Source: Acidobacteriota bacterium (GTDB lineage: Bacteria > Acidobacteriota > UBA6911). From it: DNA of 64,000 nucleotides. A model generated the notes under the pieces. It saw only the letters and a program-made list of their open reading frames with translations, was not told the origin of the DNA and did not search any database. The DNA lies in NCBI GenBank assembly GCA_963664705.1, contig OY761556.1:3488001-3552000 (forward strand). The letters are read 5' to 3'. Shown one piece after another: positions 11,414 through 22,308 of the stretch. Positions within the stretch are counted from its first letter, which is position 1, and each line of letters opens with the position of its first letter. The position numbers were made by a program, and so were the translations under genes.

Positions 11414-11836
11414 ATGACCAGAATATTGCTCGTTGATGATCACGGGATGTTGCGAGAGCTGATTCGCGGGCTGCTGGAGTCAGAGCCCGGCCTTACCATT
11501 GTCGGCGAGGCAGAAGATGGCAGGAAAGGCCTGCAGCTTGCGGAAGCGCAAAAACCGGATCTGGTGATCAGCGATTTCCGGATGCAGGAAATGAATGGGC
11601 TCGAGATGATCCGGGAGATCCATTCATTTTCTCCCGGCACGCGAATCATCATCCACAGTATGCTGGAAGATCCGGCCTGTGTGGCCATGGCAATGGAAGC
11701 CGGTGCCTCCGGGTATGTCCTGAAGGGTTCCAGTTTTGATGATTTGCTGATGGCAATTCACATGGCCATTTCAGGCCAGCATTACATCAGCCCATCTCTG
11801 GTTGACCATAAGCCTCAAGCGCGCAGCATATCCTGA
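11414..11836 (+). CDS. Single-domain response regulator (NarL-type receiver, no HTH)
   Basis: 'ILLVDDH', 'DLVISDFRM', 'GASGYVLK'; ends directly after the receiver domain. Confidence 0.88.
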   Translation: MTRILLVDDHGMLRELIRGLLESEPGLTIVGEAEDGRKGLQLAEAQKPDLVISDFRMQEMNGLEMIREIHSFSPGTRIIIHSMLEDPACVAMAMEAGASGYVLKGSSFDDLLMAIHMAISGQHYISPSLVDHKPQARSIS

Positions 11837-11851
11837 TCTTCTGGCGCGCTT

Positions 11852-14800
11852 CTAGGAATGCGGTAAAGGCCTGGGGTCCAGCAGGCGATCCAGCAGTGAA
11901 GCCTCTCGACTCTCCATCTGAACCAGTATATGCGTCTCTCCGCCCTCGATGGCCGCCACTGGAACGCCATCGCGATAGACCACGCGATTCGCCGGGAGGG
12001 ACGGAATGCGCGGCCCCGGAGTCAATATGCCTGCCAGGTTCAGAGGATCGCATCCTGAGACGCGCAGAAACTGGCCCTGAACATCCTTCCGACGTAGCGC
12101 ACGAAGTGATTCCACGGCCTCCGGAAGGGCAAATTGCTCGCCATTCATGCCCGCAATAAATCGGCCTCCGCGGATTTCTCCCCGTGCCTCTGAACGGCGC
12201 AATACCGACAACAAGTCGCGCCACGGTGGAGCCGCGGATTCTCTTTGCAGGAGTTCTCTGCAAAAAACGCCGTAGCGCCGTATGAGCTGCTGCGCCCACA
12301 GTTCCAACCGGTTCGATGGAATTTCTCCCCTCATCTCCAACAAAGACCAGCGCCCCTCACGAGTTCGTCGCGGCGGGCGCCTGCGTCTTGGATGCTCCGT
12401 TCTTTTGGCTTCACCACTGACAAGAGATCTCAGTGCGGCAAACGAGTCCGCCGTGACAAGTCCGGCGGCTACCAACTGCCAGAGTCCCTCCTCGATCTCG
12501 GATGGAAGATGCTTTGCGCCCGCCATGATCTCCGGGAAAAAAGATGCTCCACGATCCCGCAAAAATCCCAAAATGTCCCGGGAAACGGCAGAGAGGGCCG
12601 ATTCATCCGCAGGGACACCATCCAGAAGCCATGGCATGTCTTCGCGCAGTCCCAAACCGATCGGAGCGCTACGGGTCAGGCCCGGCCGGCGCGCAGGGTT
12701 TTCCGCCTGCGTGGCCCGTCGCCGCCATCTTCCCCAAGCCACATCGCCGCCAAGACACAGGCTGTCCAACCAGGAGGGGTCATATTCCTGCATTCTTGTG
12801 CGCAGAATATCGGATTCCCAGCCAGCGGCAGCCGTTTCAAATCCCTGCAGCTGTTCAATAATTTCCAGGACTCCGTGTACCCCTTCCAGCCGCGATTCCG
12901 GCATGCCATGCTGCCATTCGAAAAGAAACCGAAGGAAAGCGGCCGCCGGAACGGGTTCTATCTCTCTTCGAAGGTGGGCAATGGTTGCACGATGAATCCG
13001 CGCCAGGATACGTCGATCGCAGAACTCCGCTTCCAGCCGCTCCTGAAAATGGCCTTGCAGAACCAGGCCTTCGCCTTCAAGCGTGGCCAATGCAGTCCTG
13101 ATGTCGCCCGCCGTAAATCCGAGAAGGTGGCTTAAATCCGATACGGTGACGGGACCGCTGACTTCAATCCATCCCCTGACGATTGGAACCAGATGGTTTT
13201 CATGGTAGTCCCCACGCATCACCGCTTCGACGAGATCCCGCGATTCCATCGCAGCCCAGTAATACCTGTGGCCCGCCGAAAAGCGAATAGCACGCCCTTC
13301 GCGGACAAGCAGCGAAAGCCATGAAGAGGCCTCTGCAGGCAGCCGGTTCCGTTCATCCTCCGGAAAGATGATGAGCCCCAATAATGCGTCATGAAGCTCG
13401 TTGGCATCTCTAACCGCGGGCCAGGCATCCTCTGCCGCACTCCGGATAGCATCCGGATTCAGCTTCCCCAGATCATCCGCTCTTTCCGGCAGAGCCCTGC
13501 GCAGGATAACAGCGCGCGCTCGACGTTCCTCGAGCGGTGCATCATCCAGGAAAGCGTAGGGCATGGCATTCAGGATCTGGTGCGAAAACACGGAAGGCAT
13601 GGGAGTGTCCCGGCCAGAAAACTGAATCTCACCTTTTTCCATTTTCTCCAGGACGTCCCGCAACCCTTCAATATCCATCGCCTCGATCAGGCAGTCGCGC
13701 AGCGTTTCAAACACCAGGGGATGATCCGGCACTTCCACATCCGGAGCCGTCCGGTTGTCCTGGCACTCTGCCTGGGCTGGGAATATAGCGGCTAGCAAAT
13801 CTTCCGAGCGCATCCGCTGGATAGGGGCCGGTATTTTTTTGCCGCCCGAAAAGCGCAGCAGAGCAAGCGATCGCGTCAGAGTCCAACGCCAGCGCGTCAC
13901 AAATACGGGTGAAGCCAGCACCGCCTGAATCAGAGTTTCATCCAGTTTCTGCGCCCTGAGAAAAACAAAAAGATCATTGATGGGGAAAGAATGCTGCGGG
14001 CCAAGCGAAAGGTTGATGCCGTCATCCGTCGCAGATGCCTGCAGCTCGAAATTAAAGCTGCGGCAGAATCGCTTGCGTAAAGCCAGTCCCCACGCTTTGT
14101 TGATCCTTGATCCAAATGGCGCATGCAGGACGAGCTGCATGCCGCCAGCCTCGTCAAAGAAGCGTTCCGCAACAATGTGGGTCTGGGTCGGTACCATCCC
14201 CAACACACGCTTCCCTTCCGCGATGTATTCATATGCCTGTTCAGCCGCATATACCGACAATCCAACTTCCTTTACCAGCCAGTCCACACATTCTTCCCGA
14301 TCGGACAGGCGCTGCGCGATTCCTTCCCTTACACTGGACACCAATTGCGACAATTCACGGCTTCTTCCGGGAGCTTCACCGATCCAGAACGGAACATTGG
14401 GAGCCTGGCCCTGCGCATCTTCCACGCAAACCCGCCCCTTCTCCACGCGACGGATGCGCCAGGACGTATTGCCAAGTAGAAAAACATCGCCGCCTACACT
14501 CTCAACGGCAAAGTCCTCCATCACGCTTCCGACATAAGTTCCGTCCGGCTCGGCGATCACATCATAATCGGCATTGTCGGGAATGGCGCCGCCGCTGGTG
14601 ATGGCAGCAATCCGGGCACCGCGGCGTCCCGATACGGTGTCATGAATTCCATCGTAATGCAGATAAGCGGACCTTCTCCCCAGTCGCGTGGCGATTCCAG
14701 CGGATAACATCTTCACAATCCTGTCAAAATCGGCACGCTGCAAATCTTTGTAGGAATATGCACCGCGGATTGTCTGGTACAGCTCATCGATTTTCCAATC

Positions 14801-16081
14801 CTCCGCGGCACACATGGCAACAACCTGCTGGGAAAGCACATCCAGCGGCCAAGGCGGAATCGAGAGTCTGTCCAGTTCCCCCTTTCGAACAGCATAGACA
14901 AGCGCGGCGCACTCAATCAGTTCATCTCGAGTCAGAGGGAATATGCGCCCCTTAGGCAAGACATTCCGTGAATGACCGGACCTCCCGACGCGCTGCAGGA
15001 GCACTCCGATAGACCTTGGGGAGCCGAGCTGACATACCAGGTCGATGGCACCGATATCTATTCCCAATTCCAGTGAGGATGTTGCCACGCAGACGCGGAC
15101 TTCCCCGCGCTTCAACAGTTCTTCTGCTTTTAATCTGGTTTTGCGCGACAGGCTGCCATGGTGCGCCACCAGGTTCTCTTCGCCGATCTTTTGGGACAAC
15201 TGGTGGGACACGCGCTCCACCAGCCGTCGCGTATTGACAAAAACCAGCGTGGTCTGATGCCCGCGGATAAGATCCGCAACCCTTGTCAACGTTTCATTCC
15301 ACAACTCGTGAGTTGCAATCGGCCCGAGTTCGCCTTCCGGCATCTCGAGCTGCAGATCCATCGGTCGGAGATGCCCGGCATTCACAATGGTGCAGCGGGG
15401 ACGGCCCTCGGAATCCAGCTCCCCGGTCCCGACAAGAAAACGCGCGGCGTCTTCAATGGGCCGAAGCGTTGCACTCAATCCGATTCTTGTTACGGGCTCC
15501 CCAGCCAAACGGCATAAACGCTCCACGGATAGCGAAAGATGCGCCCCCCGTTTGCTGCCGGCAATGGAATGTATTTCATCCAGAATGATCGTACGCACTC
15601 CGGAAAGACCGCGCCTCCCGCTCTCGGACGTAAGGAGGATATAGAGGCTCTCAGGCGTTGTGATCCAGATGTGTGGAGGCTTCCGCGCCGTCATCTGACG
15701 CTCATAGGCAGGCGTATCTCCCGTTCGCAGGGCGATTCGTATTTCCGGCACTTTCAGCCCCTCGGCCTTTGCCCTCTCGGAAATTCCCTGCAGCGGGACG
15801 GAAAGGTTTTTATGCACATCGTTTGAAAGCGCCTTCAGGGGAGAGACATACACGACCTGCGCGGAATTGGTCAGTTCTCCACGAATCGCCGCCTGGAACA
15901 GGCGATCAATGCACAGCAGAAATGCGGCCAGCGTTTTCCCGGACCCGGTGGGTGCCGAGATGAGCGTATTCCGGTTCTCCGCTATCGCGGGCCAGCCCAG
16001 AGTCTGGGCCTCAGTCGGCGTCGCAAATCGATCTTCAAACCAGCTCCGGACAACCGGATGGAACGAGGATAAGGGATTCAT
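11852..16081 (-). CDS. lhr: Lhr-family DEAD/DEAH-box helicase (long form)
   Basis: APTGSGKT, 'ITTPESL', DEIH, 'GLSAT', 'ATSSLELGIDIG', 'QRVGRSGH'; C-terminal 'RGGRFIAG..GEQFALP'. Confidence 0.93.
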   Translation of the reverse strand: MNPLSSFHPVVRSWFEDRFATPTEAQTLGWPAIAENRNTLISAPTGSGKTLAAFLLCIDRLFQAAIRGELTNSAQVVYVSPLKALSNDVHKNLSVPLQGISERAKAEGLKVPEIRIALRTGDTPAYERQMTARKPPHIWITTPESLYILLTSESGRRGLSGVRTIILDEIHSIAGSKRGAHLSLSVERLCRLAGEPVTRIGLSATLRPIEDAARFLVGTGELDSEGRPRCTIVNAGHLRPMDLQLEMPEGELGPIATHELWNETLTRVADLIRGHQTTLVFVNTRRLVERVSHQLSQKIGEENLVAHHGSLSRKTRLKAEELLKRGEVRVCVATSSLELGIDIGAIDLVCQLGSPRSIGVLLQRVGRSGHSRNVLPKGRIFPLTRDELIECAALVYAVRKGELDRLSIPPWPLDVLSQQVVAMCAAEDWKIDELYQTIRGAYSYKDLQRADFDRIVKMLSAGIATRLGRRSAYLHYDGIHDTVSGRRGARIAAITSGGAIPDNADYDVIAEPDGTYVGSVMEDFAVESVGGDVFLLGNTSWRIRRVEKGRVCVEDAQGQAPNVPFWIGEAPGRSRELSQLVSSVREGIAQRLSDREECVDWLVKEVGLSVYAAEQAYEYIAEGKRVLGMVPTQTHIVAERFFDEAGGMQLVLHAPFGSRINKAWGLALRKRFCRSFNFELQASATDDGINLSLGPQHSFPINDLFVFLRAQKLDETLIQAVLASPVFVTRWRWTLTRSLALLRFSGGKKIPAPIQRMRSEDLLAAIFPAQAECQDNRTAPDVEVPDHPLVFETLRDCLIEAMDIEGLRDVLEKMEKGEIQFSGRDTPMPSVFSHQILNAMPYAFLDDAPLEERRARAVILRRALPERADDLGKLNPDAIRSAAEDAWPAVRDANELHDALLGLIIFPEDERNRLPAEASSWLSLLVREGRAIRFSAGHRYYWAAMESRDLVEAVMRGDYHENHLVPIVRGWIEVSGPVTVSDLSHLLGFTAGDIRTALATLEGEGLVLQGHFQERLEAEFCDRRILARIHRATIAHLRREIEPVPAAAFLRFLFEWQHGMPESRLEGVHGVLEIIEQLQGFETAAAGWESDILRTRMQEYDPSWLDSLCLGGDVAWGRWRRRATQAENPARRPGLTRSAPIGLGLREDMPWLLDGVPADESALSAVSRDILGFLRDRGASFFPEIMAGAKHLPSEIEEGLWQLVAAGLVTADSFAALRSLVSGEAKRTEHPRRRRPPRRTREGRWSLLEMRGEIPSNRLELWAQQLIRRYGVFCRELLQRESAAPPWRDLLSVLRRSEARGEIRGGRFIAGMNGEQFALPEAVESLRALRRKDVQGQFLRVSGCDPLNLAGILTPGPRIPSLPANRVVYRDGVPVAAIEGGETHILVQMESREASLLDRLLDPRPLPHS

Positions 16082-16085
16082 GGTA

Positions 16086-16715
16086 TTAACGGTCGGGATA
16101 CAATGACCATTGTCCGTTTATGATTGCGTAAATGACGGATGGAATAAACACGGCGGCCTCCTGCTCGACCGCCTGTATCTCATAGTAATCGAGCCTCAGA
16201 TTATTCTGCATTTCCTCGGAAACACCCTGGCGGAAATTCTGTTCGCACCAGTCGCTGAAGAGGCCGTCATGCGAGTCCACCATTGGAATGCCTTCAAGGC
16301 GGCACGTAATTGGTCGAAATTCATAAATGAGGCATGCATTGCCGGTATCCAGAAATGGGCAGGGCACGCTGCCGACGAAATCCGCAATCGCATCGATTCT
16401 TTCCGGCGCCAGTCCGTCGAGGAAAAAGGGTGGCGGCAGATCCGGTTGCGATTTTGTCAGTATGGCCTGTATAGCTGATGCTCGTTCCGCAATAGTGTCC
16501 TTTGTCTCCGCGGAAAGAGCCGCAAATCCCTTGGCTATGCGTAATGCATCATAAATGGAAATATCAAAGAGTCCGTGACAGCACTGCGCACATCCCTGCC
16601 CGCAGCGCATGTGTGCGGCATAACGGGCGTGAATTGCGTGAGACCACGCATCAAGCCGTTCGACGAGTTCATCATGCCGCCGTATCATTTCTTCCGATAT
16701 CTTCACTTTAAGCAT
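16086..16715 (-). CDS. YkgJ family cysteine-cluster (CxxCxxCC) protein
   Basis: 'CGQGCAQCC' and 'CPFLDTGNACLIYEFRPITCR'. Start placed at ATG 16715, downstream of the SCO gene stop. Confidence 0.85.
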   Translation of the reverse strand: MLKVKISEEMIRRHDELVERLDAWSHAIHARYAAHMRCGQGCAQCCHGLFDISIYDALRIAKGFAALSAETKDTIAERASAIQAILTKSQPDLPPPFFLDGLAPERIDAIADFVGSVPCPFLDTGNACLIYEFRPITCRLEGIPMVDSHDGLFSDWCEQNFRQGVSEEMQNNLRLDYYEIQAVEQEAAVFIPSVIYAIINGQWSLYPDR

Positions 16716-16735
16716 CCGATCACCGGGACATGCGC

Positions 16736-17569
16736 CTAGTTCCCCATTATGGCCAACACATCCGCAGGTTTCCACTGGTTGCCCTGGTACAATTGCGCAA
16801 TCTTCCCCTCCGGCGTGATCAGCGCCGTCACCAGGGAGTGAACGATCTGTCCGGATTCAGGCCGATACTGAAGTCCAAAATAGCCGGTTATCTTCTTTAT
16901 CTCCTCCGGGGATCCAGTCGCAAATCCCCAGTCCTTGAAATTGGTGGGGTGCATATAGCGCGCCGCATATTCACGCAAGACCGCCGGAGTGTCATTCTCG
17001 GTGTCAAAACTGATGGTCAAAAGCACCGGTTTCTGATCCGATTGGGGTTTGGATCTCAGTGCCTGGTATATTTCGGAAAAATTTTTGCTTGTTCTCGGGC
17101 AATAGTCCGGGAGCGGGCATCGCGTATAGATGAATGTAAGGAGAAGAGGGCGACCACGGAATTGATGGAGTTGAATACGCCGATCGTCCTGGTTTAGGAG
17201 AGTGAAATCAGGGACCTCCTCTCCAGCCTTGGGTCCGGGGCCCGCCGATTCCGGACTACCCTGATCTGATTTGCTTATGTTGAGGATTTCCAGCCACGAT
17301 TCATCGCCGCGCACCACCAGCGTTCCATCAACCGCCTGGCCCGGAGCCAAAGCATTGATAGCCCAATCTTCATGAATATTGAATGGCATTGTCATGGCAT
17401 CCATGAAGCCTTGTATCTTTTCATGCGCGATCGTTGCCTGTCGATGCTCTCTGTCAACGCTGACCACCTTTCCCTTCAGGGGATAACGATGCTCCGGCGC
17501 GTTTCTGCAGCCGGTCAGGAAAACAGTAATCGTGAATAGGACAAGCGCCATGCGATGCCATCGCCACAT
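16736..17569 (-). CDS. SCO family copper-binding lipoprotein with N-terminal CusF-like domain
   Basis: Lipobox 'LTGC'; 'IAHEKIQGFMDAMTMPF' CusF-like; SCO motif 'TFIYTRCPLPDYCP' and 'IVHSL'. Confidence 0.9.
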   Translation of the reverse strand: MWRWHRMALVLFTITVFLTGCRNAPEHRYPLKGKVVSVDREHRQATIAHEKIQGFMDAMTMPFNIHEDWAINALAPGQAVDGTLVVRGDESWLEILNISKSDQGSPESAGPGPKAGEEVPDFTLLNQDDRRIQLHQFRGRPLLLTFIYTRCPLPDYCPRTSKNFSEIYQALRSKPQSDQKPVLLTISFDTENDTPAVLREYAARYMHPTNFKDWGFATGSPEEIKKITGYFGLQYRPESGQIVHSLVTALITPEGKIAQLYQGNQWKPADVLAIMGN

Positions 17570-17770
17570 AAACACCTCCACAGATGGATTCATTGGGTAT
17601 TCGTCTTATACGAGCCTATTTTACCCGGAATATCGAGTGATGTCTCCAGGGTTGCAGGACTGCCTTCGCGGAATGTGGGGCGGGTAGGATACAGTTCTGA
17701 ATCAAAGTACTACGGAACAGCGGCGCAAAAGCCCCCATTGGGATAGGAGGCCTTTGCGCATTCAGATCTT

Positions 17771-19084
17771 TTACTTTTTTGCCTTTGCCTGGTCTTCTTC
17801 TGTGTAAACGGTAGCGATCACGGAAAGCCCCGGCATTAAGGGGTGCGTCTCGTCCTCGCCTCTCTCGATCAGGATTTTAACCGGCACACGCTGCACCACT
17901 TTGACAAAGTTGCCCGTCGCATTCTCCGGAGGAAGCAGGCTAAACCTGGCACCCGTCGCGGCAGCAATGCTGTCGACATGCCCTTCATATTTGCGGCCAC
18001 CGTAGGCATCCACCGTGATGGAGGCTTTTTGTCCCTGGCGCATATATTTCAATTGATTCTCTTTGTAGTTGGCCGTTACCCAAACATTGTGGAGCGGCAC
18101 CAGTGCCAGCAATGATTGACCGACCTGGATGTACTGGCCCAATTCAACGCGTCTCTGGCTCACAATACCGTCAATGGGCGCCTTCACCTGCGTGTATTGA
18201 AGGTTCAATTCGGCCTGTTGCAGAGAGGCCTCAGCCAGTTTGACTCTGGCCTGGGCCGTCTGGACAGCGGACCGGCTGATCGCAATCTGTTGCGGTGCCG
18301 TTTGCGTAGCCTGGAGATTGGCTTTTGCCTCCTTTATCCTGGCCTCCGCCTGCGCCACACGAGCCTGCGCGGTGGCAATAGCTTTGACCGTTTCCTCCAC
18401 TCCAGCCTGTGCCGAATCACGCGATGCGCGAGTTGCATCCGCCTGGGCAACGGCTGCATCGTATTGCTGCCGGGATATCTCATCTTTGTCGATCAACTGC
18501 TTCATTCTCTGCAGATCCTGCGTTGCTTTGATATAGTTCGCTTCCATCTCACGAACTCGCGCCTGAACCGAATCGAGTCTGGCTTTCGCCGTATCGACAT
18601 CCTTCAACGCAACAGCCCTTGCCTGTTCCGCTTGTTCGACTCCCGCACCGGCCAGGTTTGTCTGACTAGAGGTTGTGGTGGATATCATGGGCACCTGGGT
18701 TTGTGCCGAGACCAGGACCGACTGGGCTGCGGCCAGTTCAGCCTTTGCTCGCTCGAGCGCGACCTGGTAGTCCGTGGGATCAATCTGAATCAGAACCGTC
18801 CCCGCTTTCACGAATTGATTATCTTCAACGCTGATAGCAGTAACATGGCCCATGGCTTTGGCCGCGATCGGGTTGATATGCCCGTCAATCTGCGCGTCAT
18901 CCGTCGTTTCGCGATTTGCAAAATAATTTTCGTAAATCCAGTAGCCGGCACCTAAAAGAATCAAGGGGATCAATATAAGAAGAAAACGTTTCGATGTTCT
19001 TGGTTGCTGCCCGGCTTTGGAATCACGCGAATTGCTTTTCTCTTCCGTTCCCGTGTTTTCCTTCTCCATCAGTTCTCGGTTCAT
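17771..19084 (-). CDS. HlyD/EmrA family membrane-fusion protein
   Basis: 'TDDAQIDG', long coiled coil, 'ATGARFSLLPPENATGNFVKVVQRVPVKI' (EmrA signature). Confidence 0.93.
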   Translation of the reverse strand: MNRELMEKENTGTEEKSNSRDSKAGQQPRTSKRFLLILIPLILLGAGYWIYENYFANRETTDDAQIDGHINPIAAKAMGHVTAISVEDNQFVKAGTVLIQIDPTDYQVALERAKAELAAAQSVLVSAQTQVPMISTTTSSQTNLAGAGVEQAEQARAVALKDVDTAKARLDSVQARVREMEANYIKATQDLQRMKQLIDKDEISRQQYDAAVAQADATRASRDSAQAGVEETVKAIATAQARVAQAEARIKEAKANLQATQTAPQQIAISRSAVQTAQARVKLAEASLQQAELNLQYTQVKAPIDGIVSQRRVELGQYIQVGQSLLALVPLHNVWVTANYKENQLKYMRQGQKASITVDAYGGRKYEGHVDSIAAATGARFSLLPPENATGNFVKVVQRVPVKILIERGEDETHPLMPGLSVIATVYTEEDQAKAKK

Positions 19085-19089
19085 TGATT

Positions 19090-20556
19090 TTACTTTCCTC
19101 TCAGGAACTGTTCGTATTCAGTATCGGAAATGCCAATAGCTCTTGCCAACGCCAGTTTGGCTGCACTATGAGCCTGGAGACTGGCGATATAATTTTCGCT
19201 GGCAGTCGCGAGCGCTTCCTGAGCCTGTACCACCTCGACGTTATTCGTTACTCCCGCACGAAATCGGTCCTGCGATTGCAGGACCTGTTCATCGGCCAGT
19301 TTGATTGCGCTTTGCGCAACCTGGACACGGTCCGCGGCCGCCTTTAGATCCAGAAAAGCCGTCTGGATGCTGTAGTAGATTCTGCCGCGCAGATCCTCCA
19401 ATTCGGCCTGGCGCTGCCGCAATTGGGCTTCCGCCTGCCACTCAACCGCCTGAATGTTTCCACCTTGGAAGATCGGAATTCGCAGCACGCTGGCTATTGA
19501 AAACGTTCCATGGGAATCCCAGGGCCTTTGCCCGATGATGCCATAGTCGGCACTGAAGCCTACCGTAGGATAGCGACGTGCCCTGGCGGACTTGCGATCC
19601 AGTTCCGCGGATTTCAATTTTGCCTGCGCGCCCTGATAATCCGGCCGTTCTTTATAGGCGCGTTGTACGGCTTCGTCCAGCGTCATTCCGGGAATTGGCA
19701 CATAGGACATACCATCGGTCAGAGTGAACTCCTGGCCGAGCGGCAGGCCGATGGCACGCGCCAGCGCCAGTTTGTCTTTCGCGGCTATGTCCTCCGCCAC
19801 AATGAGCCTCTGCTGCTGAGCCTGAAGCTCGACCTGGGCGCGCAGCACCTCAATTCCCGGCACCACACCGGCCGCCTTCTGATCCATGGCAAGCCGATGA
19901 AGGACGTCGGCCGTCTTAACCTGAGCACGCGTCGCTTCAATCCTGCTGCTGTCCGCAATGGCCTGCAGGTAAAGGTTGGCAACCACATAAACAATGAGAT
20001 CCCGTGTATCCATTTTGGAGAGTTGAGCGGCTCTGAGATTCTCATTTTCCGCGCGATAACGATTCAAGGCCGAAAAATCGAGAACCGTCTGGCTGACGGA
20101 GGCCCTGATATCAAAAACATTAAAGGGGCCCACAACCGTTTTGGATCCGGGAAACCCGGAGAATCCGTATGCTTCGAGATTGACCTGCTGCTGGGATTCG
20201 GTCAGACCGGCACTCACCTGGGGCAAGAGGCGGCTGAGCGCGATCCGGCGCGCCGCACCCGTGGCGCGAACTTTCTCATCGCTCAACACCGCGCCAAGAT
20301 TGTAGTTCAAACCTCTCTTCACCGCCTCCGACAAGGAAATCGGAATGACCCCTCCAGTGGGTTTCCCGGTTGGAATGCCTCCCAGCAAAGGATTTTGCAT
20401 GTCGCCGACATCGGCGGCAGACATGGCCGAAGCTGCGCCAGCCTGACTTGAAGCGGACGAATACTCTGACCCGGCCGCGGATTGTCCAGGCCTCTGCGCC
20501 AGGGCGGACACCCCAAACAACAGAATTGTGACCGGAATGCTGAGAAAACGTTTCAT
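19090..20556 (-). CDS. TolC family outer-membrane efflux protein
   Basis: Signal peptide from ATG 20556, two OEP repeats, 'RFRAGVTNNVEVVQAQ...AKLALARAIG'. Confidence 0.9.
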   Translation of the reverse strand: MKRFLSIPVTILLFGVSALAQRPGQSAAGSEYSSASSQAGAASAMSAADVGDMQNPLLGGIPTGKPTGGVIPISLSEAVKRGLNYNLGAVLSDEKVRATGAARRIALSRLLPQVSAGLTESQQQVNLEAYGFSGFPGSKTVVGPFNVFDIRASVSQTVLDFSALNRYRAENENLRAAQLSKMDTRDLIVYVVANLYLQAIADSSRIEATRAQVKTADVLHRLAMDQKAAGVVPGIEVLRAQVELQAQQQRLIVAEDIAAKDKLALARAIGLPLGQEFTLTDGMSYVPIPGMTLDEAVQRAYKERPDYQGAQAKLKSAELDRKSARARRYPTVGFSADYGIIGQRPWDSHGTFSIASVLRIPIFQGGNIQAVEWQAEAQLRQRQAELEDLRGRIYYSIQTAFLDLKAAADRVQVAQSAIKLADEQVLQSQDRFRAGVTNNVEVVQAQEALATASENYIASLQAHSAAKLALARAIGISDTEYEQFLRGK

Positions 20557-21040
20557 TGCATTTCCTTTCCAGGTAATGTCACATGGGAAGCCTGCGCAAC
20601 ATCGAAGAAGTGTAAAATTGGCAAGCAAAATCCGGAAGACGTCCTATAATCGCAGTATCAGCGAAACCTATTCAATACCCGTTCATTACGCAAACAACTC
20701 GTACTAAAGCTATTCTGCACAAACGTTTTATGCTGACATACCCGGCTCCGGCAGTCAACGGATTTGCAGAACCGGAGCATAGTCGGAACAGATGGTCAAC
20801 CCGAAGCGTCGAAATCTGAAATCCGAATCCGCGATATAGATACATACATATATACCTATCCGGCATAAAAGGAAGCATTGTCGGGCTGCGGGCTATGGAA
20901 CACACATTCACCAAGTTTTTTCGCTGGCTCAATGAGTTCGGATCATGTATTGATTATGGTTCTCTTGCAGGGGAATACGCGGGCACAAGATCCTCCGCAG
21001 GGCTTTGTTTAGGGAAAACTGAGTCAAAGGAAGATTGGAA

Positions 21041-22129
21041 ATGTATCGTCAAGTAAAGCAGCTCTTGGAAGAAAATGAAACTCTGGCCGTTGCAACGATA
21101 GTTTCAACACTAGGCTCAACTCCCAGGGGAGTGGGAGCAAAAATGGTTGTCACCACCTCCGGAGAAATTCTGGGAACCGTCGGCGGAGGATGCGGAGAAG
21201 CGGAGGTAGTTCGCAAAGCGGTTGAGGTCATCCGTTCGCGTGAAACGGCGCTGGTTACCGTCGAACTCATGGATGATATCGAATCCAACAGCCCCGCGGT
21301 GTGCGGCGGAGTCATGAGTGTATTCGTGGATCCGTGGTGGCAGGAGCCGGGCAACCGGGTCTCGGTAAAATTAGCCGGCGAGATGGTGGAGGTGCAGGAG
21401 CAAGGCACGGAAGCGGTCATCGCCACGGTCATTGGGGTGGAAGGCCTGCAGGATGTGATGCTCGGACAGAAGTGCATGATTCGCGGTGGTGTTCCCTGCG
21501 GTGGCAGCATCTCCAACCAGGAACTGATCGAAGCCATTCTCAAAGAAGCAGAGATTCGACTGAAGAAAGAGGATTGCCGTCGCGTACCGCTGGATCTGAG
21601 CGGCGGCAAGGCAGAGGTATTTTTTGACGTCATCCCGGCAACTCAAAAAGCCGTGATCGTCGGAGCCGGACATCTCGCCATTCCCCTGGCAAAGTTTGCC
21701 AAAATCCTTGGATTCCACACCACGGTGATTGACGACCGGGTCATCTATGCCAACCGGGAGCGCTTCCCGGACGTTGAAGAAGTTCTGGCCGGGGATATGG
21801 CAGAAACCCTGCGAGGGATCGAAATCACGCCGCATACCTACATTGTACTGATCACGCGTGGTCATCAATACGATGAACCCTGTCTTCGGGAGGTCATACA
21901 CAGCCAGGCAAAATATATCGGCATGATCGGCAGCCGGCGACGCATCAAAGCCTGCTTCATCCGATTCAGGGATGAGGATAAAATCCCGGAAGAACTGCTG
22001 AAGCGGGTGCACGCCCCTATTGGACTCGATATCAAAGCGGAATCGCCGGAAGAGATCGCGTTGTCGATCATCGCGGAAATGGTCAAGGCGCGCAGAGGCG
22101 GAACGGGACAATCGCTCGCAGGATTCTAG
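21041..22129 (+). CDS. XdhC/CoxI family molybdoenzyme maturation factor
   Basis: 'ATIVSTLGSTPRGVGAKM...GTVGGGCGE', 'VCGG', 'VGAGHLA', 'TRGHQYD', 'YIGMIGSRR', 'APIGLDI...PEEIALSI'. Confidence 0.92.
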   Translation: MYRQVKQLLEENETLAVATIVSTLGSTPRGVGAKMVVTTSGEILGTVGGGCGEAEVVRKAVEVIRSRETALVTVELMDDIESNSPAVCGGVMSVFVDPWWQEPGNRVSVKLAGEMVEVQEQGTEAVIATVIGVEGLQDVMLGQKCMIRGGVPCGGSISNQELIEAILKEAEIRLKKEDCRRVPLDLSGGKAEVFFDVIPATQKAVIVGAGHLAIPLAKFAKILGFHTTVIDDRVIYANRERFPDVEEVLAGDMAETLRGIEITPHTYIVLITRGHQYDEPCLREVIHSQAKYIGMIGSRRRIKACFIRFRDEDKIPEELLKRVHAPIGLDIKAESPEEIALSIIAEMVKARRGGTGQSLAGF

Positions 22130-22308
22130 AGTAGTAAGTCAGAAGTCCTTTGCCTTTTGGAATTCCTGTTTTAGCGCCGGAGGCCTGCGGCATTTAGCTT
22201 CCAATACCGGTCTTATATAAAGATCGGGTGGACGCGCCGCACTGGAGGCATATCCTGATCCCCGAACATGCTCCCAGGCGCAGGCCGTCGGAAGAGAGAA
22301 CGCTCACA

